Positions 1-12,500 of a stretch of DNA of 64,000 nt are shown here, piece by piece. Below the pieces are notes generated by a model. It did no database searches. It was given only the letters and a program-made list of their open reading frames with translations, and was not told the DNA's origin. The DNA lies in NCBI RefSeq assembly GCF_006345805.1, contig NC_042999.1, positions 60,822,001 to 60,886,000 on the forward strand, in the 5' to 3' direction. The translations under genes and the position numbers were made by a program. Position 1 is the first letter of the stretch, and the number at the start of each line of letters is the position of its first letter. Origin of the DNA: Octopus sinensis. Taxonomy: Eukaryota.

Positions 1-635
1 GGCCCAGGGCATTTATTTGCCTGGGGTCCATAATGGTTCGTGCCTCACTTGTTTACTTAATTGGGATACTTAATCCATTGCATGACTTAACACCACCTCT
101 TGGTCCTTGGGTTCCTTTAGCAGAGACCATTCTGTTACATGAATGAGAAAATATATCTTCGATTAGAGGATGTCAGACTCATCCCCACCCCTTTGATTAG
201 AAGATCAATATAAAGAAACGCAGGCATTATCTCCTCCCTCATATCTAAACAATTGAGTTAGGTTGTAACTTTTGACTATTTTAAAGACACTTAAAACAGA
301 ATATTTTTCCTAGTCATTCTAAATTTTGTTGGTTTATTTATTAACTACCAATCTAAATTGATATTCACACCAATACAACATTCTCCGGAAAAAACTTCCG
401 TCCTGGACATGTTCACCCGCTCTGTCTGAACCAGCATCAAAATCTAATCCATATATGCAATTAATAAGTTTTGTAAGAAAAGGGTTACATAATCATTTTC
501 ACTAGCTCATAACTGTTTCTGATATGAGGAATCGTGAACCGGGGACAGAGTACTCATGAGGTTTCTTATAGCTAACCAATTTATTTACAAGAGATATATC
601 GCTATAGCGAAAAGTATTTAAAAGTGCAGACATTA

Positions 636-985
636 ATGTGTGGATAAGAAACATGATCCCAACGTATGGTCTTGGGTTCTATCCCACTGCGTGGTACTTT
701 GGGTAGGTGTTTCCGACTGTAGCCTTGAGCCAAAGAAAATCGTGTGAATCAGTTTAGTAGACGCAAACTGAAAGAAGCTCATCGGATAACTATGTTTGTG
801 TGACTTAATGTTTGTGTTATGTTTGTCCCCCCCCCCCCACACACACACTTTTTCATAACTCATGTTGGTGTATGCATGTCCATGCATCCAAGCGGATACA
901 TGAAGTGGGTTTCTTTGACCAGGCCCCCTCAGTGAGGTCACCCGACAAGACTGCAAGGGAGTGAATGAAACAAGTAAAATATAAA
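636..985 (+). mobile_element. Degenerate tRNA-derived SINE, family A
   Basis: Diverged match to the better family A copies: tcccactgcgtgg, gtagacgcaaactgaaagaagc, tail gaaacaagtaaaa. Confidence 0.6.
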
Positions 986-1066
986 TTACTCACACACACA
1001 CACACATATATATATGCAGTATGTATATATATATATATATATGTATGTATATATATATGCAGTATG

Positions 1067-1117
<51 letters not shown>

Positions 1118-1464
1118 TATATATATGTATGTATGCATTTGTAAGTTTAAATATTTATATGTGTTTGAGTGTTTGTCTGTGTAACTCCGTGTGTGGGAAC
1201 ATGCGCATCTTTTCGTGTGTTATGTCTTGCGTTAATTTGTTTGCGTCCCCAAAAGCTAGCAGTTCCGCCGAATAAGTATGAGAGAGTAGGTAGAAAACTC
1301 AAAACGCCTACTGGGGTTGCTTTGATGTACTAACGTCTTCAGGGTAGTCCTCAGCATGGCTGCAGCCAATAGCGGAGGTATCGAGAGGAACAAATGTATA
1401 TACGCACATGCGGTCATAAATAGATGTACACACATATGTATAGATGTTTGCATATATATATATA

Positions 1465-1526
<62 letters not shown>

Positions 1527-2479
1527 CTATGTATGCGTGTATGCATGTACGTATGTGTATTAGATTAGCTGACTGACTGCTTAGCTGGATAGATAAATAG
1601 ATAAACAGCTAGAGAAGCGAAGTAATAGTTTGGATGGGAGATAGAAAGAAGTTACTAGTTACAGACTGGTATATCTTAGAAGGAAATAGATCAAAGACGG
1701 AAGCAGATGGAACAAAATTGATGGAATCAAAGCCATCTAGCCAATTAATAAGAAGAGCCAGATAATTACAAAGGTCATTTTTATTATCTTTCAAATATTA
1801 TTTCAAAGGCAACTGATTAAATGGTATTTCTGTTTATTTCAACTCTTTAAGCCAGTTATCTCTCCCTTTCCTTTCTGACCCTTCTTCTCACTTTTTCCTC
1901 TCAATCTCTCCCTCTCCTTCTGACTCTCTCGCAGGCTTTTCTCTCTTTTTTCTTTCCTTTTTTTTCGGAATTGTGCTTCCTTTTCGTCTCTTTCTTATTT
2001 CTATTTCATGTTCCGGGATTAACATCTCATTTGCCAAACACACTCATATATACGAATGAAAACATGCGTGCGCACAAATGCAGAGAGAAATACAGAGGTG
2101 CACACACGCACAGCAACACGCAAGCACACATACACACACGCACACACACACACAGAATATCTCCTTAGCTTTCTGTCACGATCAACGATCACTTGATATT
2201 GACATCCAGAAGCCAGCGCGCAGATGCGCATGCGTACTGATTCGGTATTCATATGTTCTTGCCAATGTCAGGCACGTATACATGACGGAAATGGCAACTG
2301 AGCATTATACTTGCTCGTTGATAACAAACATTTTATACATACTTAAATGCATACATACATACACACGCACTTGCACATACACGCAAGCACACATACACAC
2401 ACGCGCGCATAAACATATACATGATAGTTGTACGGTAATTAACGCAAAGCTGACATAGGCCTCTAAATTTATTCTTTTT

Positions 2480-2690
2480 CTCTTTTACTTCTTTCAGTCA
2501 TTTGACTGTGGCCATGCTCGAGTACCGCCTCCAGTCGAGCAAATCTGCCCCAGGACTTATTCTTTGTAAGCCTAGTACTTATTCTATCGGTCTCTTTTTA
2601 CCAAAACGCTAACTTTCGGGGACGTAAACACACCAGCATCGGTTGTCAAGTGATGTTGCGGGGACAAACACAAACACAAACATATACACA

Positions 2691-2724
<34 letters not shown>

Positions 2725-2754
2725 CATACATACATACATACATACATACACACA

Positions 2755-2793
<39 letters not shown>

Positions 2794-2958
2794 ACATATA
2801 TATATATATATATATACACGCCGGGCTTCTTTCAGTTTCCGTCTACAAAATCCACTCATTAGTAGAAGACACTTGCCCAAGGTGCCACGCAGTGGGACTG
2901 AACCCGGAACCATGTGGTTGGTAAGCAAGCTACTTACCACATAGCCACTCCTACGCCT
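2480..2958 (-). mobile_element. tRNA-derived SINE, family A, full length with internal microsatellite
   Basis: Minus strand: head ggagtggctatgtggtaag...ggttccgggttcagtccc (A/B-box-like), body, ~150 bp internal (CATA)/(CA)/(TA) tract, tail gactgaaagaagtaaaagag. High similarity to the other copies in the window. Confidence 0.9.
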
Positions 2959-3498
2959 ATACTTACTACACAGCCAGTTCGTAGATAAACCTCTATAGTA
3001 ATTTTTCTTTCTGTTCTTCCTTACTGCAGGCAAATAATAATTTGTAAAGAGCAGAAATGTACTTTCATTAAGTCATTATTGATTGATAGGTACAGGCTAT
3101 CAGACAACCGCATATGAATGCTGGCCACTTACGCAGATTACCCTATTAACAAGAGCAATATATGCAGATGTATGAAATTCAAACCAAAGGTAAACCAGCA
3201 ATAGCGAATCACAGACCAGGACGCAATGAATTTCGTCCACTGAAACAATTGTCAGCAGGCGGATACTTTGATTCGCGTGATCAAAAGAATTTACAAACTG
3301 TGATCTTGCTCCACAACTGAACTGCAGTTGCGATAGATTACACATGATGGTTTAAGGTTTTGCTTATCTGAATTCGTGTGCAAAATACGAATCTCGGCAT
3401 TTTAGCACTTTTGAACGATAGAAGGGCAGAAATTTACTCTGTTTTCTTGAAAGCATTTCAAGGTCATCTTTTATTTCATTTTGCATGAACATACATAG

Positions 3499-3565
<67 letters not shown>

Positions 3566-3569
<4 letters not shown>

Positions 3570-3894
3570 ACCACCTTCGGTCATGAATGACCATGGGATT
3601 GCACCTAGAAAGATACCCTCCAAGGCACAAATCCGGGCAAGGTTGTTTGTGGAAGGCCAGCAGTTGCCCATGCATAACACCCTGGCCTCTCCATACCACT
3701 GATGTTATCCAAGGGAAAAGCAAAGGCCGATACAGCTTGGCACCAGGGACGACGCAACTCATTTCTACAGCTGAGTGAAATGGAGCAACGTGAAATAGTG
3801 TCTTGCAGAAAAACACAACATGAAACCCGGTCCGGGAATCGAACTCGCAACCTCACGATCACAAGCTCGACGCTCTAACCACTGAGCCATGCGT
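3566..3894 (-). mobile_element. tRNA-derived SINE, family B2
   Basis: Minus strand: A box tggctcagtgg, B box gagttcgattccc, central gcaagacactatttcacgttgctcc. Same body as 45741-46042. Confidence 0.85.
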
Positions 3895-3994
3895 ATTTAC
3901 ACATACACATATATATATGTAATATATATACACACTCACATACACACACACAAAAGCACACATACACACATGCACACACATACGTATATATTCT

Positions 3995-4181
3995 CCTTTA
4001 CTTCTTTCTGTTACTTTACAGCCGACATACGGATTTACCGTCTTAAAGGGTTTTAGGTAAAGCCTAGTATTTATTCTATCGGTCTCTTTTGCCGCACAAC
4101 TAGGTTACGGAGATGTAAACACACCAATACCAATTGTCAGGCGGGGATAGGACAAACACGCACACACACACACTCATATAC

Positions 4182-4212
<31 letters not shown>

Positions 4213-4431
4213 CGTGTTTGTGTGTGTGTGCGCGCGTATGTGTGTGTGTATATATGTATCTATATATATACGACGGGCTTCTTTCATTTTCCATCTAAGA
4301 AATCCACTCAGGATGCTTTGGTCGCAAGCTGCTATAGCAGAAGACACTTGCCCATGGTGCCACATAGTGTGACTGAACCCGGAATGTTGTGGTTGGAAAG
4401 CAAGCTCCTTACCACACAGCCATGCCTACGC
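3995..4431 (-). mobile_element. tRNA-derived SINE, family A (diverged)
   Basis: Matches the family A head, body and internal (CA)/(TG) tract. Confidence 0.8.
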
Positions 4432-4444
4432 TGTTAGATGTCTA

Positions 4445-5356
4445 CACGTGGTCTCATCAAAAAGTATCGAGACTGTTCCCATAGTAACGAAGCTAAAGCA
4501 CGCAGAGTAAAGCCACTTGGTACAGACCGGCCTTGAAATCTGTTGTGAATTCGCACTAAGTTTTAAGGTTCTAGCTTACTTCCGCTGTTTACAGCTGTGC
4601 TTGGAAGAAACGTGTTTGTGTGATCATCCACTGTCCATGATAGAGAAAGTTGAGCAGATAATCTGTATCAAATTTTGCCAAAAGCTTGGCGATAACTGCT
4701 CAGAGGGCTAAGCAAAATTTTCAAAACGTTTTTATCGCTCTCGACACAATCAAGGAGATCTTGTGCAACTGAAACCTGAGAGTGATTTTGGTCAGCTGAA
4801 AGATGTTTTGGCACAAAGTTGCCAGACACGTGTCTCATACTCAAATCTTCAGTGATAATGGACTGAACTGAACCGTAACTAATCTGCACATCCTCTGATA
4901 TCTCACGGATGGTGATTCGACGATTTTCCTTCACAGCTGCACGCACATGTGCGATGTTTTTCTCAGTTCTTCTAGTTGTGGGTCGCGTCAATATCGATAT
5001 TTTTTCCGCCATCTTGGAAACGTTTGAACCACTCGTACGCTTGTGTGTGGCTTATAAACCCCTCCCGATACACTTTCTGCAACTTTGCGTAGGCCTCTGA
5101 GCAGGCAAAAAGCTTTTGGCAAAATTTTATGCAGATTTCCTCCTCAACTTTCTCTGTCATGATCAATGCGTCGACCACATGCTTCAAACGTTCATTCCAA
5201 GCACTTTTGTAAAGAGCAGAAGTAAGCTAGAACGTTAAAACCCAGTGCGCAGGCGCAACAGCGTCTACCATCAATCTGTGTCAAGTGACTTTCCTTTGCG
5301 TGCTGTAGCTTCGGTACAATGGCAAGAGTTCGGATACTTATTGATCAGACCTCGTA
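4445..5356 (-). mobile_element. Internally deleted mariner transposon with ~275-bp inverted arms
   Basis: TA at both flanks. TIRs cacgtggtctcatcaaaaagtatc / tacgaggtctgatcaataagtatc. Minus-strand fragments encode the mariner N-terminal HTH region (ICIKFCQKL, YEWFKRFQDG, RITIREISEDVQISYGSVQSIITEDL, FVPKHL = WVPHEL-type motif). No catalytic domain. Confidence 0.9.
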
Positions 5357-6370
5357 TATACATATACGTACTACACATCCATATACACACATATATGTGC
5401 TGTTACGTTTCAATATATTGTTTGTTTCAGCGTTCTACTTAATTATAAGTATATCAACAAGCGATTATGTATTTTTCTTGCATTGAGAAGGTAATATTGT
5501 TTCTTTTTAAAGATAATGTTAACCAGTCTTGAGTTTATGGCTTGATAAAGAACGAGAATTCTGTATCTAGATTTCACCTTTCGTAAATAATACACCTAAA
5601 GCTAAGTAAAGGTTGAGTGCTTTTGCAGTTAGCTCATTTCTCAAAATAGTTTTGGAATTCAATCTTAATAGATTTATTTGATCATATGAAGGTACAGCCT
5701 TGTTTTACACTAATTTTATAAAAAGAAAACCTAAATCAGCCCTTTCTATGCAATTGTATGAACGTAAGACCGTTGAGGCGGTTTCTATTTATAGCCGAAA
5801 TCGTTATGTTTCGTTAAAGCCGCTGGGACTACATTATGCAATATCCTACTTATTTTTAAAATGTTGTAGTGGCATTTAAGACAGAAATTTGTTGCTATTC
5901 TAGGAAGTCAAAATTTTGTTGTATGAATCACTAATTTATACTTTCAGATTATACCCTTACACACACACACACAGATATATATAAATATATATATACACAG
6001 ACGTATATATATATATATGGGGAACTGATGGTATTTGCATTTGCATGGTTAAACCTCACTTGAAGAACATCGTATTAAAGGATTAAATGTTGTTTGCTAG
6101 TTTTGTTTCAATATTTGATTTCTTGGATTTATAAATATATAGGCTAAATTCCACTTGCTAGGTTATTGTATCGCTCCCTATTATTCAGAGCTTAACTCCT
6201 TTTAAGAAAATGCTCCCAAGAAAGAGTAAGAGACTAAATGTTTGCAACGAGAATAATGTAGGTTCTTCCATCAGACATGCGTATTCTCTCGAGTATTTGA
6301 AGATTATATATGTGTATATATATATACACGTGTGTATGTATGTATATGTATGTATATATATATATATAAT

Positions 6371-6443
6371 TTATTTAAAGCAGCAGAAAATTCAACACAA
6401 TTTTGTTGCATGAATCAGTAATTTATACTTTCAGATTATATCC

Positions 6444-6517
<74 letters not shown>

Positions 6518-6680
6518 CACGCAGACGTACATATATATGTGGAACTGATGGTGTTTGCATTTGCATGGTTAAATTTTGTTGAATTTTCTGCTGCTTTAAA
6601 TAAAGCATATTACTCTACCACTGGTATTTGAGTTCTCTTTTTTCCACCTTGTTTCACATTCATGTGTTTACTCCGGTATA
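6371..6680 (+). mobile_element. Penelope-like terminal repeat (same family as 49391-49578), interrupted by a local duplication
   Basis: Inverted arm ttatttaaagcagcagaaaattcaac (6371-6396) and direct arm gttgaattttctgctgctttaaataaagcatattactctaccactgg...ctccggta (6578-6678), nearly identical to the 49.4-kb copy. Confidence 0.65.
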
Positions 6681-6699
6681 TATTTATATATATATTAAT

Positions 6700-7837
6700 A
6701 GTTATCGCCAAGCTAAAATGGCAGTCCAGGAAAATAGGACGAATGCAGCCGTTGATTATCTCCAAGAGAAGAGATCTTAAATATCTCAAGAGCCTTGAGT
6801 AGCCGGTTATGTGGGACATTATCAAACGCTTTCTTATAGTCTATCAATGCTATACTCAGTTTGTCCCTTTTGCTTCGGCGATTTTCTACAATAGTTTTAT
6901 TTATGAGTAATTGATCTTTGCACCCATAAGAATTCCCTTTACAGCCTTTTTGAGTTTGCTTGTGGAAGGATAGACTTCTGTTCAAGGAAAGCGTATATTC
7001 TTTCAGTAAGTATGGATGTGAGGATATTGTAGGTGGTGTTGAGAAATGTTATTGGTCGGTTGTTCTTTGGCATTTTTTTTGGTGGGAGGGTCTTCAGCTT
7101 TTGGTAGGACGTATGTTGTTCTTTCACTCAGCCAGGCAGATATTTACTCTGGGTTCTGGATGACATCAGTGACAAATGCAGCGAAATTTTGGTGTACTTC
7201 TGTCAAACAATTCAGCCAGAAGTTAGGAATCTGGTCCAGTCTTGATGTCTTCCATTTGTGAGGCTTCCTAAGAATACATATTAGCACTTCTACTTCTATT
7301 GCCTCTCATATCTGCTCTTCAACTTCATCCAGTCTCACTTTCTCACGCTCTCTCCAGTCAGCCTAAGCATCATATTCTTCTCTGTTGCACCATATCTCCT
7401 TCCAGAACTCTTCCATTTCCTCAGTCTTAGCTGGCTCTTTTACCTCTATCTTACTCTTACCAATTTCTCTCTAAAATTTCTTTGCATCCGTCTTGAAAAC
7501 CTTGTTTTGTCGATAAAATTTGATTCTGTTATACCTTCTAAGCCGTTGGGGTTTTAGCTGCATCCGCTGTTTCACTAGTACTTTGGTTGCGAGGAGGTGT
7601 AAGAATCAAAGATTTTATATTTTCGCTTGATTTTCTAATTTGTTTCGTCTTAACATTTGCTCCTTTAGCAAGTTCATAAGGAACTGATACATCCACCCGC
7701 AGAGATCGGATCGCTTTTTGTATTGCTATTTTCCACTTAAGAAATCTATTGACATTGATGGTCCATTTACGTGTCGTCCTGATACCTAGTTGAGCAGTTA
7801 CAACTTTACCAATGGAATACATAAGTAGAGTAGATAG
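6700..7837 (-). mobile_element. Old truncated R4/Dong-type LINE fragment (RT N-terminal half)
   Basis: Frameshifted minus-strand translation: KFYRQNKVFKTDAKKF, IPNFWL, NRPITFLNTTYNILT, QKGCKGNSYGCKDQLLINK, IALIDYKKAFDNVPH. Collinear with the intact copy at 11.4-12.3 kb. The 5' junction abuts an (AAT)n tract. Confidence 0.85.

Positions 7838-7909
<72 letters not shown>
7838..7909. repeat. (ATT)n/(TAA)n microsatellite
   Basis: Pure ATT tract between the old Dong fragment and the 540-bp element. Confidence 0.95.
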
Positions 7910-8448
7910 GAGTGAGAGGGCAGTGCATATCATCAAATTGACACTGGGGGAAATATACGAAGCCTAGTATACACATCATGACTAACTGATTTCTAAGTGT
8001 ACACTAGGCACATGCATCACAACCATATGTGCGTGACATGGTGATCTCATATCAGGATAAACAGCACATGACCTTGCAGGTGGGGCCCAGTTAGAATTTT
8101 CATCCCGCTCAAAAGGTCCCTGAATAAGGGTTGTTTAAGGATGTTGAACGAAACACCCATGTTTCCAGAGGTGAATTATTCAAACACCAAAGAATCACTC
8201 TCAACACATGGCTATGATTCTCCCCCACTACTTCCGCTCGTGATCGGAGATGCACATATCATCAGCAACTAAGGGATATGCTCAACTGGTTAAGGTCAAA
8301 CAACTGACAAGTAAATCTGTGGTATTGAGCAGAATTTGTGCTGTAGCCCATCTTTTATACCAAGACAAAACAATGTACACGATAACACTTCCAATCAGTT
8401 AAGATCAGAAGCCACGAGAGTCACTGTCTGGTACTGCATCAGGGCATT
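7910..8448. mobile_element. ~540-bp non-coding element bounded by TAA-type microsatellite, copy 1
   Basis: Sharp boundaries gagtgagagggcagtgc...gcatcagggcatt. No ORF and no tRNA head. Repeated at 8720-9256. I recall this sequence as an abundant octopus repeat (not searched). Confidence 0.7.
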
Positions 8449-8457
8449 CATCATCAC

Positions 8458-8491
<34 letters not shown>

Positions 8492-8587
8492 GTCATCGTC
8501 GTCGTCGTCGTCGTCGTCATCGTCGTCGTCGTCATCATCATCATCATCATCATCACCATCACCGTCACCACCACCACCACCAGCACC

Positions 8588-8652
<65 letters not shown>

Positions 8653-8654
8653 TA

Positions 8655-8719
<65 letters not shown>
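8449..8719. repeat. Compound (CAT)/(CGT)/(CAC)/(ATT) trinucleotide microsatellite
   Basis: Read directly; it is the source of the poly-M/I/D/H ORFs. Confidence 0.95.
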
Positions 8720-9256
8720 GAGTGAGAGGGCAGTGCATATCATCAAATTGACACTGGGGGAAATATACGAAGCCTAGTATACACATCATGACTAACTGAT
8801 TTCTAAGTGTACACTAGGCACATGCATCACAACCATATGTGCGTGACATGGTGATCTCATATCAGGATAAACAGCACATGACCTTGCAGGTGGGGCCCAG
8901 TTAGAATTTTCATCCCGCTCAAAAGGTCCCTGAATAAGGGTTGTTTAAGGATGTTGAACGAAACACCCATGTTTCCAGAGGTGAATTATTCAAACACCAA
9001 AGAATCACTCTCAACACATGGCTATGATTCTCCCCCACTACTTCCGCTCGTGATCGGAGATGCACATATCATCAGCAACTAAGGGATATGCTCAACTGGT
9101 TAAGGTCAAACAACTGACAAGTAAATCTGTGGTATTGAGCAGAATTTGTGCTGTAGCCCATCTTTTATACCAAGACAAAACAATGTACACGATAACACTT
9201 CCAATCAGTTAAGATCAGAAGCCACGAGTCACTGTCTGGTACTGCATCAGGGCATT
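8720..9256. mobile_element. ~540-bp non-coding element, copy 2 (tandem duplicate)
   Basis: Near-identical to 7910-8448 (visible difference: gccacgagagtc vs gccacgagtc). Period 810 bp. Confidence 0.7.
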
Positions 9257-9265
9257 CATCATCAC

Positions 9266-9302
<37 letters not shown>

Positions 9303-9342
9303 GTCATCGTCGTCGTCGTCGTCGTCGTCATCGTCGTCGTCG

Positions 9343-9375
<33 letters not shown>

Positions 9376-9407
9376 CCATCACCGTCACCACCACCACCAC
9401 CAGCACC

Positions 9408-9472
<65 letters not shown>

Positions 9473-9492
9473 TATTGTTATTATTATTATTA

Positions 9493-9532
<40 letters not shown>
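9257..9532. repeat. Compound (CAT)/(CGT)/(CAC)/(ATT) microsatellite, duplicate of 8449-8719
   Basis: Same order of motif blocks. The ATT part (about 9470-9532) abuts the LINE 3' end. Confidence 0.95.
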
Positions 9533-9535
<3 letters not shown>

Positions 9536-12500
9536 TAGTTTTAGTTTTATAGCGTGCTTTCACTTAACTACCGAGCGCAGCTATGTGTGCCTTGGGTATG
9601 TGCTGTGATTTGTTGTGATGCTCTGATAGTTATTGTATGGAAAGTGTTCTGCGTAGGATGTGTGCAGTGCCTAGTAGTGCAATTTTCTGTATGTTATATG
9701 TGTTTGTAAGTCCTGGTGTTTTTGTTATGTATTTGTCTGAATATTTTTTTATCATGCCTAATGCACCTACTATGATAGGAATTGTTTCTGTTTTCAGGTT
9801 CCACATTCTAGTTACCTCTATTTCCAGGTCTTTGTATTTTGAGAGTTTCTCCATTTCTTTTAGAGACACGTTGTCATCAGCCGGTATTGATACATCAATT
9901 AGAAAGCATTTTTTTTCTTCATGATCTCTGACAACTATATCTGGTCTGTTGGCCTTAATTTCTCTATCTGTGTGTATCGGCATATCCCAGAGTATGGTTG
10001 CTTTCTCGTTTTCTGTGACCTTTTCTGGTGTGTGCCTATACCATCTTTTTTCTGTTGTTATTCCATAATGTTGGCATAGCTTCCAATGTATGTAGGTTCC
10101 AACTCTGTCATGTCTGTGAATATATTCCTTCTTAGCAGCTAGAGATAATATGATTTATTGTTTCTTGTCCATCTCCACATATTCTGCAGTTACTTGTTTT
10201 ATTTCTTTTCATTACATGTTTTTAGTAATTTCTGGTGGGGAGACTTTGGTCTTGTGCTGCAATTAAAAATCCCTCTGTTTCTGCTTTGAGTCCTGAGCTT
10301 CTCAACCATTGCTGGGATTTTTCTTTCTCTATTTCTTTTGCGTTTAGTTTAGTGCAGTATTTACCATGAAGGGGCTTTTCTTGCCATCGTTTTATCATGG
10401 CTCGTTGCTGTTCTATTTTTAGTTTGGATTTCATTTGTTTTATAGCTTTTGTTGTTTCTTCTTCATCTTCTTCTTCTTCTTTGTGTTTATTAGGTGGTAT
10501 GATTTCTTGTTTGTATTTGTCAGCTTCCTTAAATACTGAGAACAGTTTTTTTTGTTTTGCTCGTGTTTTGCTGCTATCTGGATCAGTTTTCCTTCCTTCT
10601 GAATAGGTATTTTTGCAGTCCTATGGTGGTTATTTTATAGTAGTTTTCCAGCTGTATAAGGCCTCTACCATCTTCTATACGTTGTATATATAGTCTTTCT
10701 ATGTCAGATTTTGGGTGATGCATCCTAGATCCTGTCAGTATTTTTCTTGTTTTCCTATCTATTTTGGACAGTTCATTTCGTGTCCAGTTAAGGATATTGT
10801 AGCTGTAACTTATAACTGGGACAGCTAAAGTGTTGATACCTATTATCTTGTTTTTAGCATTGAGCTGTGATTTTAGTATTGATCTAACTCGTCTATAATA
10901 TTCTTTTTTTATTTTCTCTTTCATTTGTGTGTGTTGTGTCTTATCTAGTTCATGGATTCCTAAGTATTTGTAAGTTTGGTTTTGGTCTAATTCTTTTATT
11001 TCATTGGTTTTATCTAGTGTGATGTTGTTACTCTTAACTAGTTTTCCTCTTTTCATGGTTACTTTGGCGCATTTTTCTAATCCAAATTTCATATCTATTT
11101 CTTTGGTAAATCCATGAACTGTCTTTAATAGTGTTTCCAGCTGTTTGTTATTTGCAGCGTATAGTTTTAGGTCATCCATATATAAATGGTGGCTGATCGT
11201 TTTGCCGTAACATTTATATCCGCATCCAGTTCTATTTAGCATATCAGATAGAGGTGACAGTGCCAAGCAGAAAAGGAGTGGAGAGAGCGTGTCTCCCTGG
11301 AATATTCCTCTTCTAATGGGGATGTCTTTGGTTTTCATGAGTCCCTCTTTTGTTTGGAGGTGTAGGACTGTTTGCCATTTATTTATAGAGTGCTCTATGA
11401 ATTTTATGATTGTTGGTGCTACTTTGTTAATGGCTAGTGTTTCGAGGATCCATGTGTGGGGGATGCTATCAAACGCCTTTTTGTAGTCAATCTAGGCTAT
11501 ACTGAGGCCTTTCTTCTTTCTGTGGCTGTCTTCAGTTACGGCTTTATTAATCATTAGTTGATCTTTACAGCCATATGAGCCCTTGCGGCATCCTTTCTGC
11601 TCTTCTGGGAACAGTTTGTTTTCGTCCAGGTGCTTGTTCAGCCTTTGCGATATCACTGCAGTAAATGCCTTGAACATAGTAGGGAGGCAGGTTATTGGTC
11701 TGTAGTTTTCTGGTTTTGTTGTTTCATTTGATTTGGGAATTAAGATGGTTTTCCCCTTCGTGAGCCATTCAAGCATTGTCTCTGGCTCTGCGAGTATGCT
11801 GTTAAAGTTTTCAGCCAGCTTTTTGTGCATTCCTGTTAGATATTTCAACCAGAAGTTGGGGATCTTGTCATGCCCAGGTGCCTTCCAGTTGCTTAGTTTT
11901 TGCAGTGCGTGGGTGACCTCTTCAGTTGTTATGGGGGTCCAAAGTTGTTCAGATGCCGAGTTTGTTATTTTCATACTCCTTTTTTTTGGCTGTTCATTCG
12001 CCGACCATATTTCTCTCCAGAATTCTTCCAATTCTTCTGTCGTTGGTGCTGCAGTGACTTCTATTTTATTTTTGCCCAGTTCTTGGTAGAACTTTTTGGG
12101 GTCGGAGTTGAACTTTTTGTTCTGTTCACAGAAGCGTTGGCGTTTCTCGTACCGGCGGATCCTTTGAGCTTTGGCAAGGATATCTTGCTTCAGCTTTTCT
12201 TTTATCTCCGGCAAATCTTTTTCTGTGATGTTATATTTGCGGAGCATTTTTGTTCTCTTTTTGTTGCTCAGTAGCGTTGCTTGTTTGCTGATTTCATTAA
12301 GAATCGACAGGTCTTTTCTAATTTTTTAAATTTTGTTTTGGATGTTATTTGTCCACAGGGTTTGTTTGGGTGGTGGTACTCCTGTTTGGGCGGGTTTGGG
12401 TGAGTATCCAGCTTCTTTTGTGGCTGCAGTGGCTGCTGCGTATATCAAGTCATTTAGTTCAGTGATATCACTTTTTTTTGTTTCAGTGGCTAGTTCAGTG

